A stretch of 64,000 nucleotides of DNA from Mobula hypostoma (GCF_963921235.1 NC_086107.1:106208001-106272000); one strand, 5' to 3'; positions 50,990 through 63,203 are shown, numbered from the stretch's first letter. Notes: generated by a model not told the origin, from the letters alone. Translations and numbers: made by a program.

Positions 50990-51500
50990 TATTAGGTACA
51001 CTCCCCTGTACACCTGCTTGTTGATGTAAACATCTAATGAACCAATCATGGGGCAGCAACTCAATGCATAAAAGCATGCAGACATGGTCAAGAGGTTCAG
51101 CTGTTGCTCAGACCAAATATCAGAATGGGAAAAGAAATGTGATCTAAATGACTTTGAGTGTGGAATGGTGGTTTGAGCATCTCAGAAACTGCAGATCTCC
51201 TGGGACTTTCACGCCCAACAGTCTATAGAATTTACAGAGAATGGTGCGAGAAATAAAGAAACATCCAGTTCTGTGGTTCTGTTGGCAAAAACACCTTGTT
51301 AATGAGGGAGGTCAGCAGAGAATGGCCAGCATAGTTCAAGCTGAGAGGTAGACGACAGTAACTCAAATAATCATGCAATAGCCACACGTTACAACAGTGG
51401 TCTGCAGAAGAACACCTCTGAAAGCACAGCACATCAAACCTTGAAGTGGAAGCAAAAGACCACAGCAGATTCCATTCCTGTTCCCATTAAAGTGGCCATC
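50990..51500 (+). mobile_element. Tc1-family deletion derivative
   Basis: Homologous to the other Tc1 copies. Confidence 0.85.
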
Positions 51501-52254
51501 AACACATCATCATCGTTATGTGCCATGACATATGACGTGGGCGATCATGGTCTTGTGACCATAAGTATTCTTGGCAAATATTTCTACAGAAGTAGTTTGC
51601 CCTTGCCTGTCTTCTGAGCAGTGTTTTTACAAGACGGGTGACCCCAGCCATTATCAATACCCTTTAGAGATTGTCTGCCTGGAGTCAGTTGTGGCATAAC
51701 CAGGGCTTGTGATATGCACCAGCTGCTCATACAACCATCCACCACCTGCTCCCATGGCTTCACGTGACCCTGATCGAGGGGCTAAGCAGGTGCTACACCT
51801 TGTCCAAGGGTGACCTGCAGGCTAGTGGAGGGAAGGAGCACCTTACACCTCCTTTCATAGGGACATATCTCCACCCTGCCACCCAGAAAGTGACCACTGT
51901 GTGTAAGTCACAGTGTGTCAAGCAGGCTTGAATAATTCAATAGAACAAACAAGTGAGAGCAAATGAACAATGGAAAATTAAGTGTGCTGCTCAAGTTAAA
52001 GCCTATTGGAGTAAAGAAAGGCTTGTATTTATGGAAGTTCTGGAAGACCTAAAGCACTTTGCAGTCAAGGACATCAATTTGAAATGTGGTCACTGTTGCA
52101 ACATAATGAAATTCAGCAATGAAACTATTTCAAGGTCCCAAAAATGTAACAATAACCCGTTAACGTATGTAAAATGGAAATACTCAGTTGGTCAGGCAGC
52201 ATCTGTGGAGAGAGAATAAGCAGTAATGATTCAGGTTCATGATCCTTTTTCATA

Positions 52255-53180
52255 ACTAGAACATAAAACATTACTGCACAGGAACCGGCCATTCGGCCCA
52301 CAATGTTGTGCTGAACCAGCTAAAAGGCAAATCAAAAACACCCAAACACTAATCCCTCCTGTATACACAATGTCCCTATCCCTCCATCTTCCTCATGACC
52401 ATGTGCCTACCTAAATGTCTTTTAAAAGCCTCTAATGTATTTACCTCTACCACCATACCAACCAGCACATTTCAGGCATCCACCACTCTCAGATTAAAAA
52501 ACTTACCTCTCACATTCCCTTTGAACCTACCCCCTCTCACCTTCAATGCATGCCCTCTTGTATTAGATATGTCAACACTGGAAAACAAATACTCCCTGTC
52601 TACTCTGTCTCTGCCTCTCATAATCTTATAAACCTCTATCATATCTCCCCTCAGCCTCTGACGCTCCAGAGAAAGCTGCCCAAATTTAACCAGCCTCTCA
52701 TGATAGCACATGCCCTCTAAACCAGGCAGCATCTTGGTAAACCTCTTCTGCACCCTCTCCAAAACCTCAACATCCTTCCTATAGCAGGGCAAGCAGAACT
52801 GTATGCATACTCCAGGTGTGGCCTAACCGAAGTTTTATAAAGTTGCAACATAAAGTTCCACTCAAAGCCTCGACTAGTAAAAGCAAGCATTCCATAAGCC
52901 TTCTTAACCATCCTATCAACCCGTGTGGCCACTTTCAAGGAGCTATGAACTTGGATCTCAAGATCTCTCTGCTGAACAACACTGTTAAGGATCTTGCCCT
53001 TAACAGTGTACTGTCTCCTTGCATCTGCCCTACCAAGGTGCAGTACCTCACATTTATCTGGGTTAAACTCCATCTGCCACTTCTCTGCCCATATCTGCAA
53101 CTGATCTATATTGCGCAGTATTCTTTGCCCGTCTCCTACATTATCCACAACTCCACCAATCTTGGTATCACCTGCAAACT
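52255..53180 (-). mobile_element. CR1 LINE fragment
   Basis: WAEKWQMEFNPDKCEVLHLG...LYKTSVRPHLEY and LERVQKRFTKMLPGL. Confidence 0.93.
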
Positions 53181-53569
53181 TAGTTTTTTCCTTTTTTGCT
53201 TAGCCACAGTTCTGCCCCCAACCAGAGTTGACAAAACATCTAACCTATCCCAAACTTCAAAGTTCAAAGTAAATTTATTATCAACATACAACAACAACAA
53301 CATATACGTCACCATATATTACCTTGAGATTCATGTTCTTGCAGGCATTCAGAGTAGACAAAGAAATACAGGAGAGTCATAAAAAACTAGTCACAAAGAC
53401 TCTCCAAGTGGCATACTGGGGAAAGCTCTGCAGATATGCAGGGCAGGTGGGAAATAAAATAACACCTGCGAACCAAATCAGAAACAAATCCAGGCATGCC
53501 TGTACCCAGATTGGGCAGCTGACACCAAAACCTGGCTGTAGGTATAAAAAGCTATTCCCTTTCACTTTA

Positions 53570-55440
53570 GAAATGGAGAGAAGTCTGCAGAATAGAGCAA
53601 TATGGCCACTGACTAGGGGTCGCTAGGCAAGGTCAGAGCTAGCGCTGGGTGGGTCAGTAAGCAAACCACTAGTGGCACACTGTTGAATAGGCCGGCAGGC
53701 ACCAGGAAACCAGAGAGAGCATTCAAAGTCACCCTATGACACTAAAAGGCTGCGACTTGCTCAGAGGAGTAGTCCACTTACAAATGAGACCACTCAAGCA
53801 GTTAAGGGAAGAAAGACACGCATGAAGTGATTGCTAGAAACAAACACATTCCTAACACATGTACTATCGAGTAATGGAACTGAAAAGACAGCATACAGGG
53901 ACAAACTTCAACAGTTTATAGTACAACATCTCTCCATAAAAGTAAGTGCACAACAAATAGCAGATTAATGTAGAGTGATAATAAAAAATAGCTTAATCCC
54001 TGTCGACAAGTTAAACCAAGTAAAACGTGAAGTTGCACAAGAGCTAGAAGGAAATCAACCTAAATATAACAAAAATGCTATACGAGGAAATAATGAAGAT
54101 GTCAACCACCACCCCTGATGAAAATAGAACTACTTTAGCAACTGCTCCACAACATGACAGTAATATCAACACAGATGTGGACTTCTGCAGAAACATGATG
54201 ACAAAGCTGAGCTTGTCAACAAAATTATCCCTACATTTAACACCACACTAACAGAATACATGGGCACTTACCCAACAAAAACGCCCTACATACCAAGCCA
54301 AAACACATCACCAAAATCTGCAAAAATTGTTCATACTGTCAACAATATTATATTACTACAATATTTGGGAAAACTTGAAACATCTGAAGAACTACGCACA
54401 ATAACATACTGTAGCATTAGCAGCTAATAACTCCAAAATAGAGACACTCAATAATGGAAACACAAACCAGAGTAATGAAATGAGAACACTGAAATGGCAG
54501 GAGAGATTAAGAAACAAAACTGAAACCTTCTGAGCAGAAATAGTCTGTCTAATGGAGTATAAAATCGATAACATGAACAAGAAAGTTAAGAGTAAAGCTA
54601 AGGAAATATTAGGCAAATATAAAGTCCATACAAGACATGATCTACTTAACAAACTAATTGCAGACTTCATAGATACAGAAACAGAAGTTTGGTGCATACA
54701 AAGCTAGACAAAATAGATACATGAAATGTATCAGACAAAGAAAACAGAATTATCAGTTTAGGAACAATGATACAGGTTTATACAGGGCATTGAAACTAAA
54801 TCCAACACATCAAAATGTCACCAACCCTAGCACAGAATTACCAACAAACACAGAGACGATGAACTTTTAGTCTAATATCTGGTCAAACAGGGCAATGTAC
54901 AATCAAGAAGCAAGCTGGATTATGGAGGAAGAAGAATACACTCACACAATTGAACAAATGCAAACACCAATGGATATGTTAAAAGCAGTTATAAAAAATA
55001 CCCATAGCCGGAAAATACTATCACTGCCGGCAGTGATAATATTCATAATTATTGGCATAAAAATTGAACTTACCTTCATTCGTACGTATCGACAATTTTC
55101 TTCAAAATACTGAAAAAGTGTCTAAATTTTTGACAGAAAGTAGAACATCTTCCCTAAAGGAGAAATCAGAAATGACCCATCAAAATATCATTCTATTGTT
55201 TGTTAAAAACTATGTAGAAAATTGTAACATCATGCATCTCACAACTAATCACCACTCACTTTGATAACCACAACATACTCACAGAAGAGTAGAAGAGTAT
55301 GAAAGAATATAAAAAACAACTAGTAATAGATTCTTTCTAAATAAAGCCCAGTGGAAAACCAGAATTCTTTTGTGTTGCTACATTGACTACCAAAAAGTAT
55401 TTGATTCTGTCCCACACTCATGGTTAACAGAAGTTTTCTT
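53570..55440 (+). mobile_element. Decayed Dong/R4-clade non-LTR retrotransposon, 5' half
   Basis: Interrupted reading RMK*..ETNTFL..YYRV...QQIAD*CRVIIKNSLIP...F*SNIWSN..YNQEASWIMEEE...FLTESRTS...NNILTEE. A-rich sense strand. Confidence 0.6.
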
Positions 55441-55453
55441 AAAATATATACAC

Positions 55454-57665
55454 AGAAACATATAGAACATAGAATAGTACAGCACAGTACAGGCCCTTCG
55501 GCCCACAATGTTGTGCCGACCCTCAGACCCTGCCTCCCATATAACCCCCCACCTTAAATTCCTCCATATACCTGTCTAGTAGTCTCTTAAACTTCACTAG
55601 TGTATCTGCCTCCACCACTGACTCAGGCAGTGCATTCCACGCACCAAACACTCTCTGAGTAAAAAACCTTCCTCTAATATCCCCCTTGAACTTCCCACCC
55701 CTTACCTTAAAGCCATGTCCTCTTGTATTGAGCAGTGGTGCCCTGGGGAAGAGGTGCTGGCTATCCACTCTATCTATTCCTCTTATTATCTTGTACACCT
55801 CTATCATGTCTCCTCTCATCCTCCTTCTCTCCAGAGAGTAAAGCCCTAGCTCCCTTAATCTCTGATCATAATCCATACTCTCTAAACCAGGCAGCACCCT
55901 GGTAAATCTCCTCTGTACCTTTTCCAATGCTTCCACATCCTTCCTATAGTGAAGCGACCAGAACTGGACACAGTACTCCAAGTGTGGCCTAACCAGAGTT
56001 TTATAGAGCTGCATCATTACATCACAACTCTTAAACTCCATCCCTTGACTTATGAAAGCAAACACCCCATAAGCTTTCTTAACTACCCTATCTACCTGTG
56101 AGGCAACTTTCAGGGATCTGTGGACACGTACCCCAAGATCCCTCTGCTCCTCCACACTACCAAGTATCCTGCCATTTACTTTGTACTCTGCCTTGGAGTT
56201 TGTCCTTCCAAAGTGTACCACCTCACACTTCTCTGCGTTGAACTCCATCTGCCACTTCTCAGCCCACTTCTGCATCCTATCAATGTCTCTCTGCAATCTT
56301 TGACAATCCTCTACACTATCTACAACACCACCAACCTTTGTGTCATCTGCAAACTTGCCAACCCACCCTTCTACCCGCACATCCAGGTCGTTAATAAAAA
56401 TCACGAAAAGTAGAGGTCCCAGAACAGATCCTTGTGGGACACCACTAGTCACAATCCTCCAATCTGAATGTAGTCCCTCCACCACGACCCTCTGCTTTCT
56501 GCAGGCAAGCCAATTCTGAATCCACCTGGCCAAACTTCCCTGGATCCCATGCCTTCTGACTTTCTAAATAAGCGTACCGTGTGGTACCTTGTCAAATGCC
56601 TTACTAAAATCCATGTAGATCACATCCACTGCACTACCCTCATCTATATGCCTGGTCACTTCCTCAAAGAACTCTATCAGGCTTGTTAGACACGATCTGC
56701 CCTTCACAAAGCCACGTTGACTGTCCCTGATCAGACCATGATTCTCTAAATGCCCATAGATCCTATCTCTAAGAATCTTTTCCAACAGCTTTCCCACCAC
56801 AGACATAAGGCTCACTGGCCTTATAATTACCCAGACTATCCCTACTATCTTTTTTGAACAAGGGGACAACATTCGCCTCCCTCCAATCCTCTGGTACCAT
56901 TCCCATGGACAATGAGGACATAAAGATCCTAGCCAACGGCTCAGCAACCTCTTCCTTCGCCTCATGGAGCAGCCTGGGGAATATTCCATCAGGCCCCAGA
57001 GACTTATCCGTCCTAATGTATCTTAACAACTCCAACACCTCCTCTCCTTTAATATCAACATGATCCAGAACATCAACCTCACTCATATTGTCCTCACCAT
57101 CATCAAGTTCCCTCTCATAGGTGAATACCAAAGAGAAGTATTCATTGAAGACCTCGCTCACTTCCACTGCCTCCAGGCACATCTTACCCTTATCTCTAAT
57201 CGGTCCTATTTTCACTCCTGTAATCCTTTTGTTCTTCACATAATTGAAGAATGCCTTGGGGTTTTCCTTTACCCTACTCGCCAAGGCCTTCTCATGCCCC
57301 CTTCCTGCTCTCCTCAGCCCCTTCTTGCTCTTCTCAGCCCCTTCTTAAGCTCCTTTCTTGCTTCCCTATATTCCTCAATAGACTCATCTGACCCTTGCTT
57401 CCTATACCTCAAGTATGCTGCCTTCTTCCACCTGACTAGATTCTCCACCTCACTCGTCACCCATGGTTCCTTCACCCTACCGTTCTTTATCTTCCTCACC
57501 GGGACAAATTTATCCCTAATATCCCGCAAGAGATCTCTAAACATCGACCATATGTCCATAGTACATTTCCCTGCAAAAACATCATCCCAATTCACACCCG
57601 CAAGTTCTAGCCTTATAGGCTCATAATTTGCCTTTCCCCAATTAAAATTTCCCTGTCCTCTCTGA
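55454..57665 (-). mobile_element. CR1 LINE, 2.2-kb ORF2 fragment with reverse transcriptase, frameshifted and 5'-truncated
   Basis: KSLGPDGIFPR, QRGFVKGRSCLTSL, YMDFSKAFDKVPH, GVPQGSVLGPLLF and FADD motifs across four ORFs. CATAGAA tail. Confidence 0.97.
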
Positions 57666-57762
57666 TTCTATCCTTTAAAGATTAGTAAGGGCATCAACGA
57701 TTACAGGGAGAAGCTAGAAGAACGGGTTTAAGAGAGATAACAAAATCAGCCATGATCAAGTT

Positions 57763-58275
57763 ACACTGCTCGTTAATCAGCCAATCACCTAGCAGCAACT
57801 CAATGCATAAAAGCATGCAGGCATGGTCAGGAGGTTCAGCTGTTGTTCAGACCAAACATTAGAGTGGGGAAGAAATGCAATCTAAGTGGAGTGATTGTTG
57901 GTGCCAGACGGGGTGGTTTGAGTCTCAGAAACTGCCGATCTCCTGGGACTTTCATGCACAATAATCTCTAGGGTTTACAGAGAGTGGTGTGAGAAACAAA
58001 AAAAAAAGCATCCAGTGAGTGGCAGTTCTGTGGGAAAAAACACCTTGTTAATGAGAGAATTCAGAGGAGAATGGCCAGGCTGGTTCAAGCTGACAGGAAG
58101 GTGACAGTAACTCAAATAACCACGCGTTACAACAGTGGTGTGCAGGAGAGCAACTCTGAACGCACAACACATCGAATCTTGAAGTGACTGGTCCACAGCG
58201 GCAGAAGACCACGAACATACGCTCGGAGGCCACTTTGTTCGGTACAGGAGGTCCTTAATAAAGTGGCCATTGAGT
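57763..58275 (+). mobile_element. Tc1-family deletion derivative
   Basis: Homologous to the other Tc1 copies; ends in TAATAAAGTGGCCATTGAGTA. Confidence 0.85.
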
Positions 58276-58661
58276 ATTTATCCACCATCATAATATTAAT
58301 GGAGAGTGAAGACTTTCCAGGCGCAGATCCATGGTCTCGCAAGACTAACGGATACCTTTAATATTAATGTGTCTTGACCTTCCCACGACAAAAAACTTCT
58401 CCATAATCAGAATGAAACTAGTGTTTGTTGGAAGCTGGTTCTCGAATTGGCGAGAAACTATGACATCAACATAAGCGTTTGCCAGCACCCCTCCCCCAGC
58501 TGGTCCAGCAAGGAAGTTTTGTGAGAAATGCAACGTTTACGGATGTGGTGCAGAATGTTTCAGACTCCGTGTCGGCTGAGAACCCAGCTGCCCCGGAGAT
58601 AAAAGTGCCGACTGAATAATCGGGTGGTCTGCGCTTTGAGTGCTGCCCGGGCCCGGTCAGC

Positions 58662-61559
58662 ATGGCGCCTTTCTCCGGAGCAGAGCTGCTCGGGAGCTTT
58701 CTGGCTCTTTTAGCTTGGAGGGAAATGCCAGCGGTGAGTTGTCTGGCTTTCAGAAACTGTGTAAGTTTATATCTTCGGACGAACTCTCTAAACTGCGTAA
58801 ACCGGGGTATCCAAAAGCTGGCCCACGCTGTTTCGGACATCCCCTCCAACACCACGGTTCTGAACATTTCCGGCAACATGATCAGCGATTTGCCTAAGAG
58901 AGGACTGGAAAATTTGGTGTTTTTGGAGTATCTAAGGCTTGACCGCAACAACCTGAGCAGAATCGCACCGCAAGCCTTTTGGAAACTCCATTCCCTGCGG
59001 GAACTCAATCTGTCCCACAACTTTCTGGAGTCTCTGCAGCAAGACGCCTTCATATCCCTGTCCAATCTCACCAGCCTCAGCCTACAGCACAACAAGTTGG
59101 GGCATCTCTCCGGAGCCGCCGTCTTCCCCCTGAAAAGACTCCAAATTCTGGATATCTCCTTCAATGATTTCAGGAACGCCTCGTCTGTAATTGCAGCTCT
59201 GAGACGAGTTCATGCTTTGAGAACATTGTATCTTCAGAGCTGCAGAATAAGATATTTGGAAATTTCGACCAGTTTCCCCCCGCAGCTGAGCAGTTTACTT
59301 CTCGCCGACAACCCCCTCTCCAGATTCTGGGCTCCCGCCGATTTTTTTGCCGGCATTAACTACCTGAACATGTCCAACTGCAGCTTGTCGCGAGCCGAGA
59401 ACCTCACCTCCATCAATTTATCCGGTGTGCACTCCCTGAGCATCGGGGCCAACCCGCTGGAACCGGCCGAGGTGATCGAAACTGTGCGGAACATAAATGC
59501 GCCCCTGAGAAACATCACCCTCAGCTACTTGAAGCTGAAAAACACCGACACGCTGAGAGTTCTGTGCGGGATCTTTCAGAAGCGGGGGATTCGGTCAGTC
59601 AACCTGGAGGGCAATCGTTTCCGGGAAGTGAAGGGGGCCTTCAGCCGGTGCAATTCAATTTTATTTCTGGACATGTCCCACAACAGGATTAAAACGCCGC
59701 ACATGTTTACCTGTGGAGGCGCTCCCAACGATCTACAAACTTTAATACTGGATCATAATTTAATTCGAGATGTCTCTCTGTGCGCCGTGGGCCCCGACGG
59801 AAGGCAATGTAGCTCGACCACCCCTTGCCTGGGGAAACTGCGTTACCTCTCGTTAAGGTACAACCGCATCTCGGCCATTGGGTCTCATGCATTCCGACAG
59901 GTTCCCGACCTGGAGACTCTCACTTTGGCGTTGAACGAAATTAATTTCATCAACACCTCTGCCTTTGCTGGTCTAAGTAAACTGAAGTTTCTATCCCTCA
60001 CTAACAACGCAATCGGAGAAATCTTTCCCAAGACCTACATGCATCTTGGGAACCTGGAACACTTAAAGCTACGAAATAACAGGATTCCCATTATCTACAA
60101 TCGATATTACTCCAACCTTTCCAAGCTAATCACGCTGGATTTGGGCGGAAATCACATTGAGAAGATTGAAGACGGAGGTTTTGAAGGACTCCGATCTTTG
60201 TTAAGGCTCTACTTGGATGGGAACTGGTTGTCGGATCTTTCGAAGGATATGTTTAAAGATTTGCGGTCGTTGCAAGTGTTAGATTTGGCCCAAAACAAGT
60301 TGACCTTCGCGAAAGCGCCCGACCACTCGTCCCCGTTCGATGCGCTGCGCAATCTCCGCATGCTGAAGTTGCAAAGACAGTATACTTCCGAGAGCATGTC
60401 GCTACCTGGAAACCTGTTTGATGGCCTCCAGAGGCTCCAGATTCTGGACATCTCCAACAACAACTTCATGACTCTGGACACACTGCCCTTTCATCAGCTC
60501 GGCCGACTGCAAGTCTTGCGGATGAACGACATTCACTTGGACTTCGGAACCATGCACAACAAGACTTTCGCCAACCTGGTCAACCTCCGGCTGCTGAGCC
60601 TGGAGAGAGCCGGCCTGGAGTCCATCCGACAGGCCCTCTTCGAAAACCTGGCCAGCCTCACCACCCTGCTGCTCGGGAGCAATGGTATCCGCGTCGTCGG
60701 AAAGAACGATATCCTTCAACTGGGCAACCTCAGCTACCTGGACCTCCAGAAGAACCGGTTAGGCTGCGTGTGCGAGAACCTGTGGTTTCTGTGGTGGGCG
60801 GTGAAAAGTAAGGTAGAGGTGCCTCTGTTCTACAACTACTCGTGTGAGGGCCAAGGAGGGAAAAAACCCTTGGCACAGTTCGACAGATTGATTTGCAACG
60901 ACGGTTTTGAGGCGTTTTGCCTCAGTGCGCTGACGATCTTCGCCTTTGTGGTGACGACTCTGTTGTACCACAAAGGGAAGTGGAACTTTTATTACAGTTA
61001 CTACCTGCTCCGTGCGTGGATTCGCGAGAAACAGTTGCGGAGGTCGCATACTCGGGGCCACCAGTACGACGCCTTCGTGTCCTACAACTCCAACGACGAG
61101 GACTGGGTGTTTGACCAGCTGATGCCGCACTTGGAGACTGAGGGTCCTCCGTTTCACCGACTTTGCTTCCACCACAGGGACTTTGCGGTCGGCAAACCCA
61201 TCGTGGAGAACATCGTCGACGCCATATACAACAGCAAGAAGACGCTTTGCGTCATCTCCAAGAGTTACCTGCAAAGCGAGTGGTGCTCGATGGAGATGCA
61301 GGTAGCCCTGTACAGGCTCTTCGATGAATACAGCGATGTCCTTATCCTGGTCTTTCTCGATGAGATCCCTGGCCACGTGTGGTCTCCTTACCACCACCTG
61401 CGGAAGCTGCTGTGGAAGAAGACTTACATCAGTTGGCCCACTGATGACGCAGGCCAGAGGCTGTTTTGGGCCAAGTTGCGGGACGCTCTCAAAGCAGACT
61501 GCTCAACTTCTAGGAAACCGGCGTATTCGCTCATCCAGCACAAGAGCTTACTGTACTAA
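58662..61559 (+). CDS. Toll-like receptor, TLR11/13/21 family (TLR21-like), single coding exon, 965 aa
   Basis: Signal peptide; LRRNT AFRNC...C..R.....AVSDIP; more than 20 LxxLxLxxN repeats; LRRCT LGCVCENLWF..C..C; TM FEAFCLSALTIFAFVVTTLLY; TIR with YDAFVSY, LCFHHRDF, SEWC and FW boxes. No exact symbol given because TLR21 cannot be separated from close paralogues by eye. Confidence 0.97.
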   Translation: MAPFSGAELLGSFLALLAWREMPAVSCLAFRNCVSLYLRTNSLNCVNRGIQKLAHAVSDIPSNTTVLNISGNMISDLPKRGLENLVFLEYLRLDRNNLSRIAPQAFWKLHSLRELNLSHNFLESLQQDAFISLSNLTSLSLQHNKLGHLSGAAVFPLKRLQILDISFNDFRNASSVIAALRRVHALRTLYLQSCRIRYLEISTSFPPQLSSLLLADNPLSRFWAPADFFAGINYLNMSNCSLSRAENLTSINLSGVHSLSIGANPLEPAEVIETVRNINAPLRNITLSYLKLKNTDTLRVLCGIFQKRGIRSVNLEGNRFREVKGAFSRCNSILFLDMSHNRIKTPHMFTCGGAPNDLQTLILDHNLIRDVSLCAVGPDGRQCSSTTPCLGKLRYLSLRYNRISAIGSHAFRQVPDLETLTLALNEINFINTSAFAGLSKLKFLSLTNNAIGEIFPKTYMHLGNLEHLKLRNNRIPIIYNRYYSNLSKLITLDLGGNHIEKIEDGGFEGLRSLLRLYLDGNWLSDLSKDMFKDLRSLQVLDLAQNKLTFAKAPDHSSPFDALRNLRMLKLQRQYTSESMSLPGNLFDGLQRLQILDISNNNFMTLDTLPFHQLGRLQVLRMNDIHLDFGTMHNKTFANLVNLRLLSLERAGLESIRQALFENLASLTTLLLGSNGIRVVGKNDILQLGNLSYLDLQKNRLGCVCENLWFLWWAVKSKVEVPLFYNYSCEGQGGKKPLAQFDRLICNDGFEAFCLSALTIFAFVVTTLLYHKGKWNFYYSYYLLRAWIREKQLRRSHTRGHQYDAFVSYNSNDEDWVFDQLMPHLETEGPPFHRLCFHHRDFAVGKPIVENIVDAIYNSKKTLCVISKSYLQSEWCSMEMQVALYRLFDEYSDVLILVFLDEIPGHVWSPYHHLRKLLWKKTYISWPTDDAGQRLFWAKLRDALKADCSTSRKPAYSLIQHKSLLY

Positions 61560-62399
61560 ACTCTCAGCCCAGGTGCGTTACACTGACCGGGACGCGAGCC
61601 CGAAGACTTAGTCATTGGCCTTTCACCTCCAGATGTGTTCGGGTGGGCGGGGAAAGTAGACCAAGAGGATGCCCCACCATTTCATACTCTTGTTCCTTAA
61701 CATACTTCAGATGTGTAGAAGTAAGACCAAACGACACAGGAGAGGAGGAAGACCATTCGACCCGTCAAGCCTGATCTGCCATTCCATCATGGCTGATTTA
61801 TTACCCCTCTCAACCCCTATTCCCCTGCCTTCTCTCCGTAACCTTTGAAGCCATTGCTAGTCAAGAACCTGTCAACTTCCACTTTAAATACCATTGGCTG
61901 TTCTCATTATCTCGGTTTAGGATAATTCCCCTCCTGTTTTAGAATCCCAACTTATCAAGTTGCTAATTAATGTAAACAGAACCCCAAACCCCACCCCCCT
62001 TAAGTCGCCACCTCAAACTTTCTTCCCAAAGAAATGGAACCCAGGTTCACGCAACTTTAACCACAAATCAACCCTTTAGAATGTAGAACTCGGACCAGGA
62101 CGAAACAGGGAAAGGCCCTTCCCCCCATGATGATGTGCCAATCTAATTTAATTGGTATTCAAATGCCTAACTAATCCACTCATATCTGCTTACGCAATGT
62201 TCATATCTTCTCATTTCCTGCACATACTGTACCTAAGAGCCTCTTGAACACCTCTATGATACTGACACCCTAGGCAGCATATTCTAGGCACTAACTGCTC
62301 ACAGTATAACACAACCTCCCCCACAGATCTCCTGTGAACTGGACCCCATTCACCTTCAATGCATGCTGTCTGGTTTTAGACATTTAGAACATAGTGTAG

Positions 62400-63203
62400 C
62401 CTGAGTTATAAAGGGAAAAAATAGTATGACTTTATTCCTTAGAACATTGAAGATTGAGGGGAGATTTGATACAGGAAATCAAAATGATGAGCGGTATAGA
62501 CAGGGTAAATGGAAGTAGGCTTTTTCCACTGAGGTTGGGTGGGACTACAAACAGAGGTCATGGGTTTTAAGGGTGAAAGGTGAGAAGTTTAAGGGGAACA
62601 TGAGGGAAAACTTCTTCACATGTGGTTGTGAAAGTGTGGAACGAACTGCCAGCACAATTGGTGCACGCGAGCTCGATTTCGATGTTTAAGAGAAGTTTGG
62701 ATAGGTACACGGATGGTAGGGGTATGGAGGGCTGTGTTGATGGGAATAGGCAGTTTAAGAGGTTTTGGCATGGACTAGATGGGCCAAAGAACCTGTTTCT
62801 GTGTACTTCTCTTTGACAAAGGAACAGTCCATTTTGGCCCACAATATTGTGGATAAATAATTGAACTAGTTATTAAATGGATTAGTTATCCAAAATGAGG
62901 GGCCACAGTTTGAGGATAGAGGGGAAGCCTTTTAGGACCAAGATTAGGAAAAACTTCTTCACACAGAGAGTGGTGAATCTGTGGAATTCTCTGCCACAGG
63001 AAACAGTTGAGGTCAGTTCATTGGCTATATTTAAGAGGGAGTTAGATATGGCCCTTGTGGCTACGGGGGTCAGGGGGTATGGAGGGAAGGCTGGGGCGGG
63101 GTTCTGAGTTGGATGATCAGCCATGATCATAATAAATGGCGGTGCAGGCTCGAAGGGCCGAATGGCCTACTCCTGCACCTATTTTCTATGTTTCTATGTT
63201 TCT
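62400..63203 (+). mobile_element. Two CR1 3' fragments (62400-62815, 62890-63203)
   Basis: VKVWNELP and RGHSLRIEGKPFRTKIRKNFFTQRVVNLWNSLP; (TTTCTATG)n tail. Confidence 0.9.

Noticed and set aside
58400..58530. IRF-like (GAATGAAACT) and ETS-like (AGGAAGT) motifs upstream of the TLR
   Set aside because: Plausible for an immune gene, but these are short, imperfect matches expected by chance, and the TSS is unknown.
58466..61397. Antisense ORFs over the TLR (232, 212 and 105 aa)
   Set aside because: Shadow ORFs of a GC-rich coding sequence with no recognisable domain.
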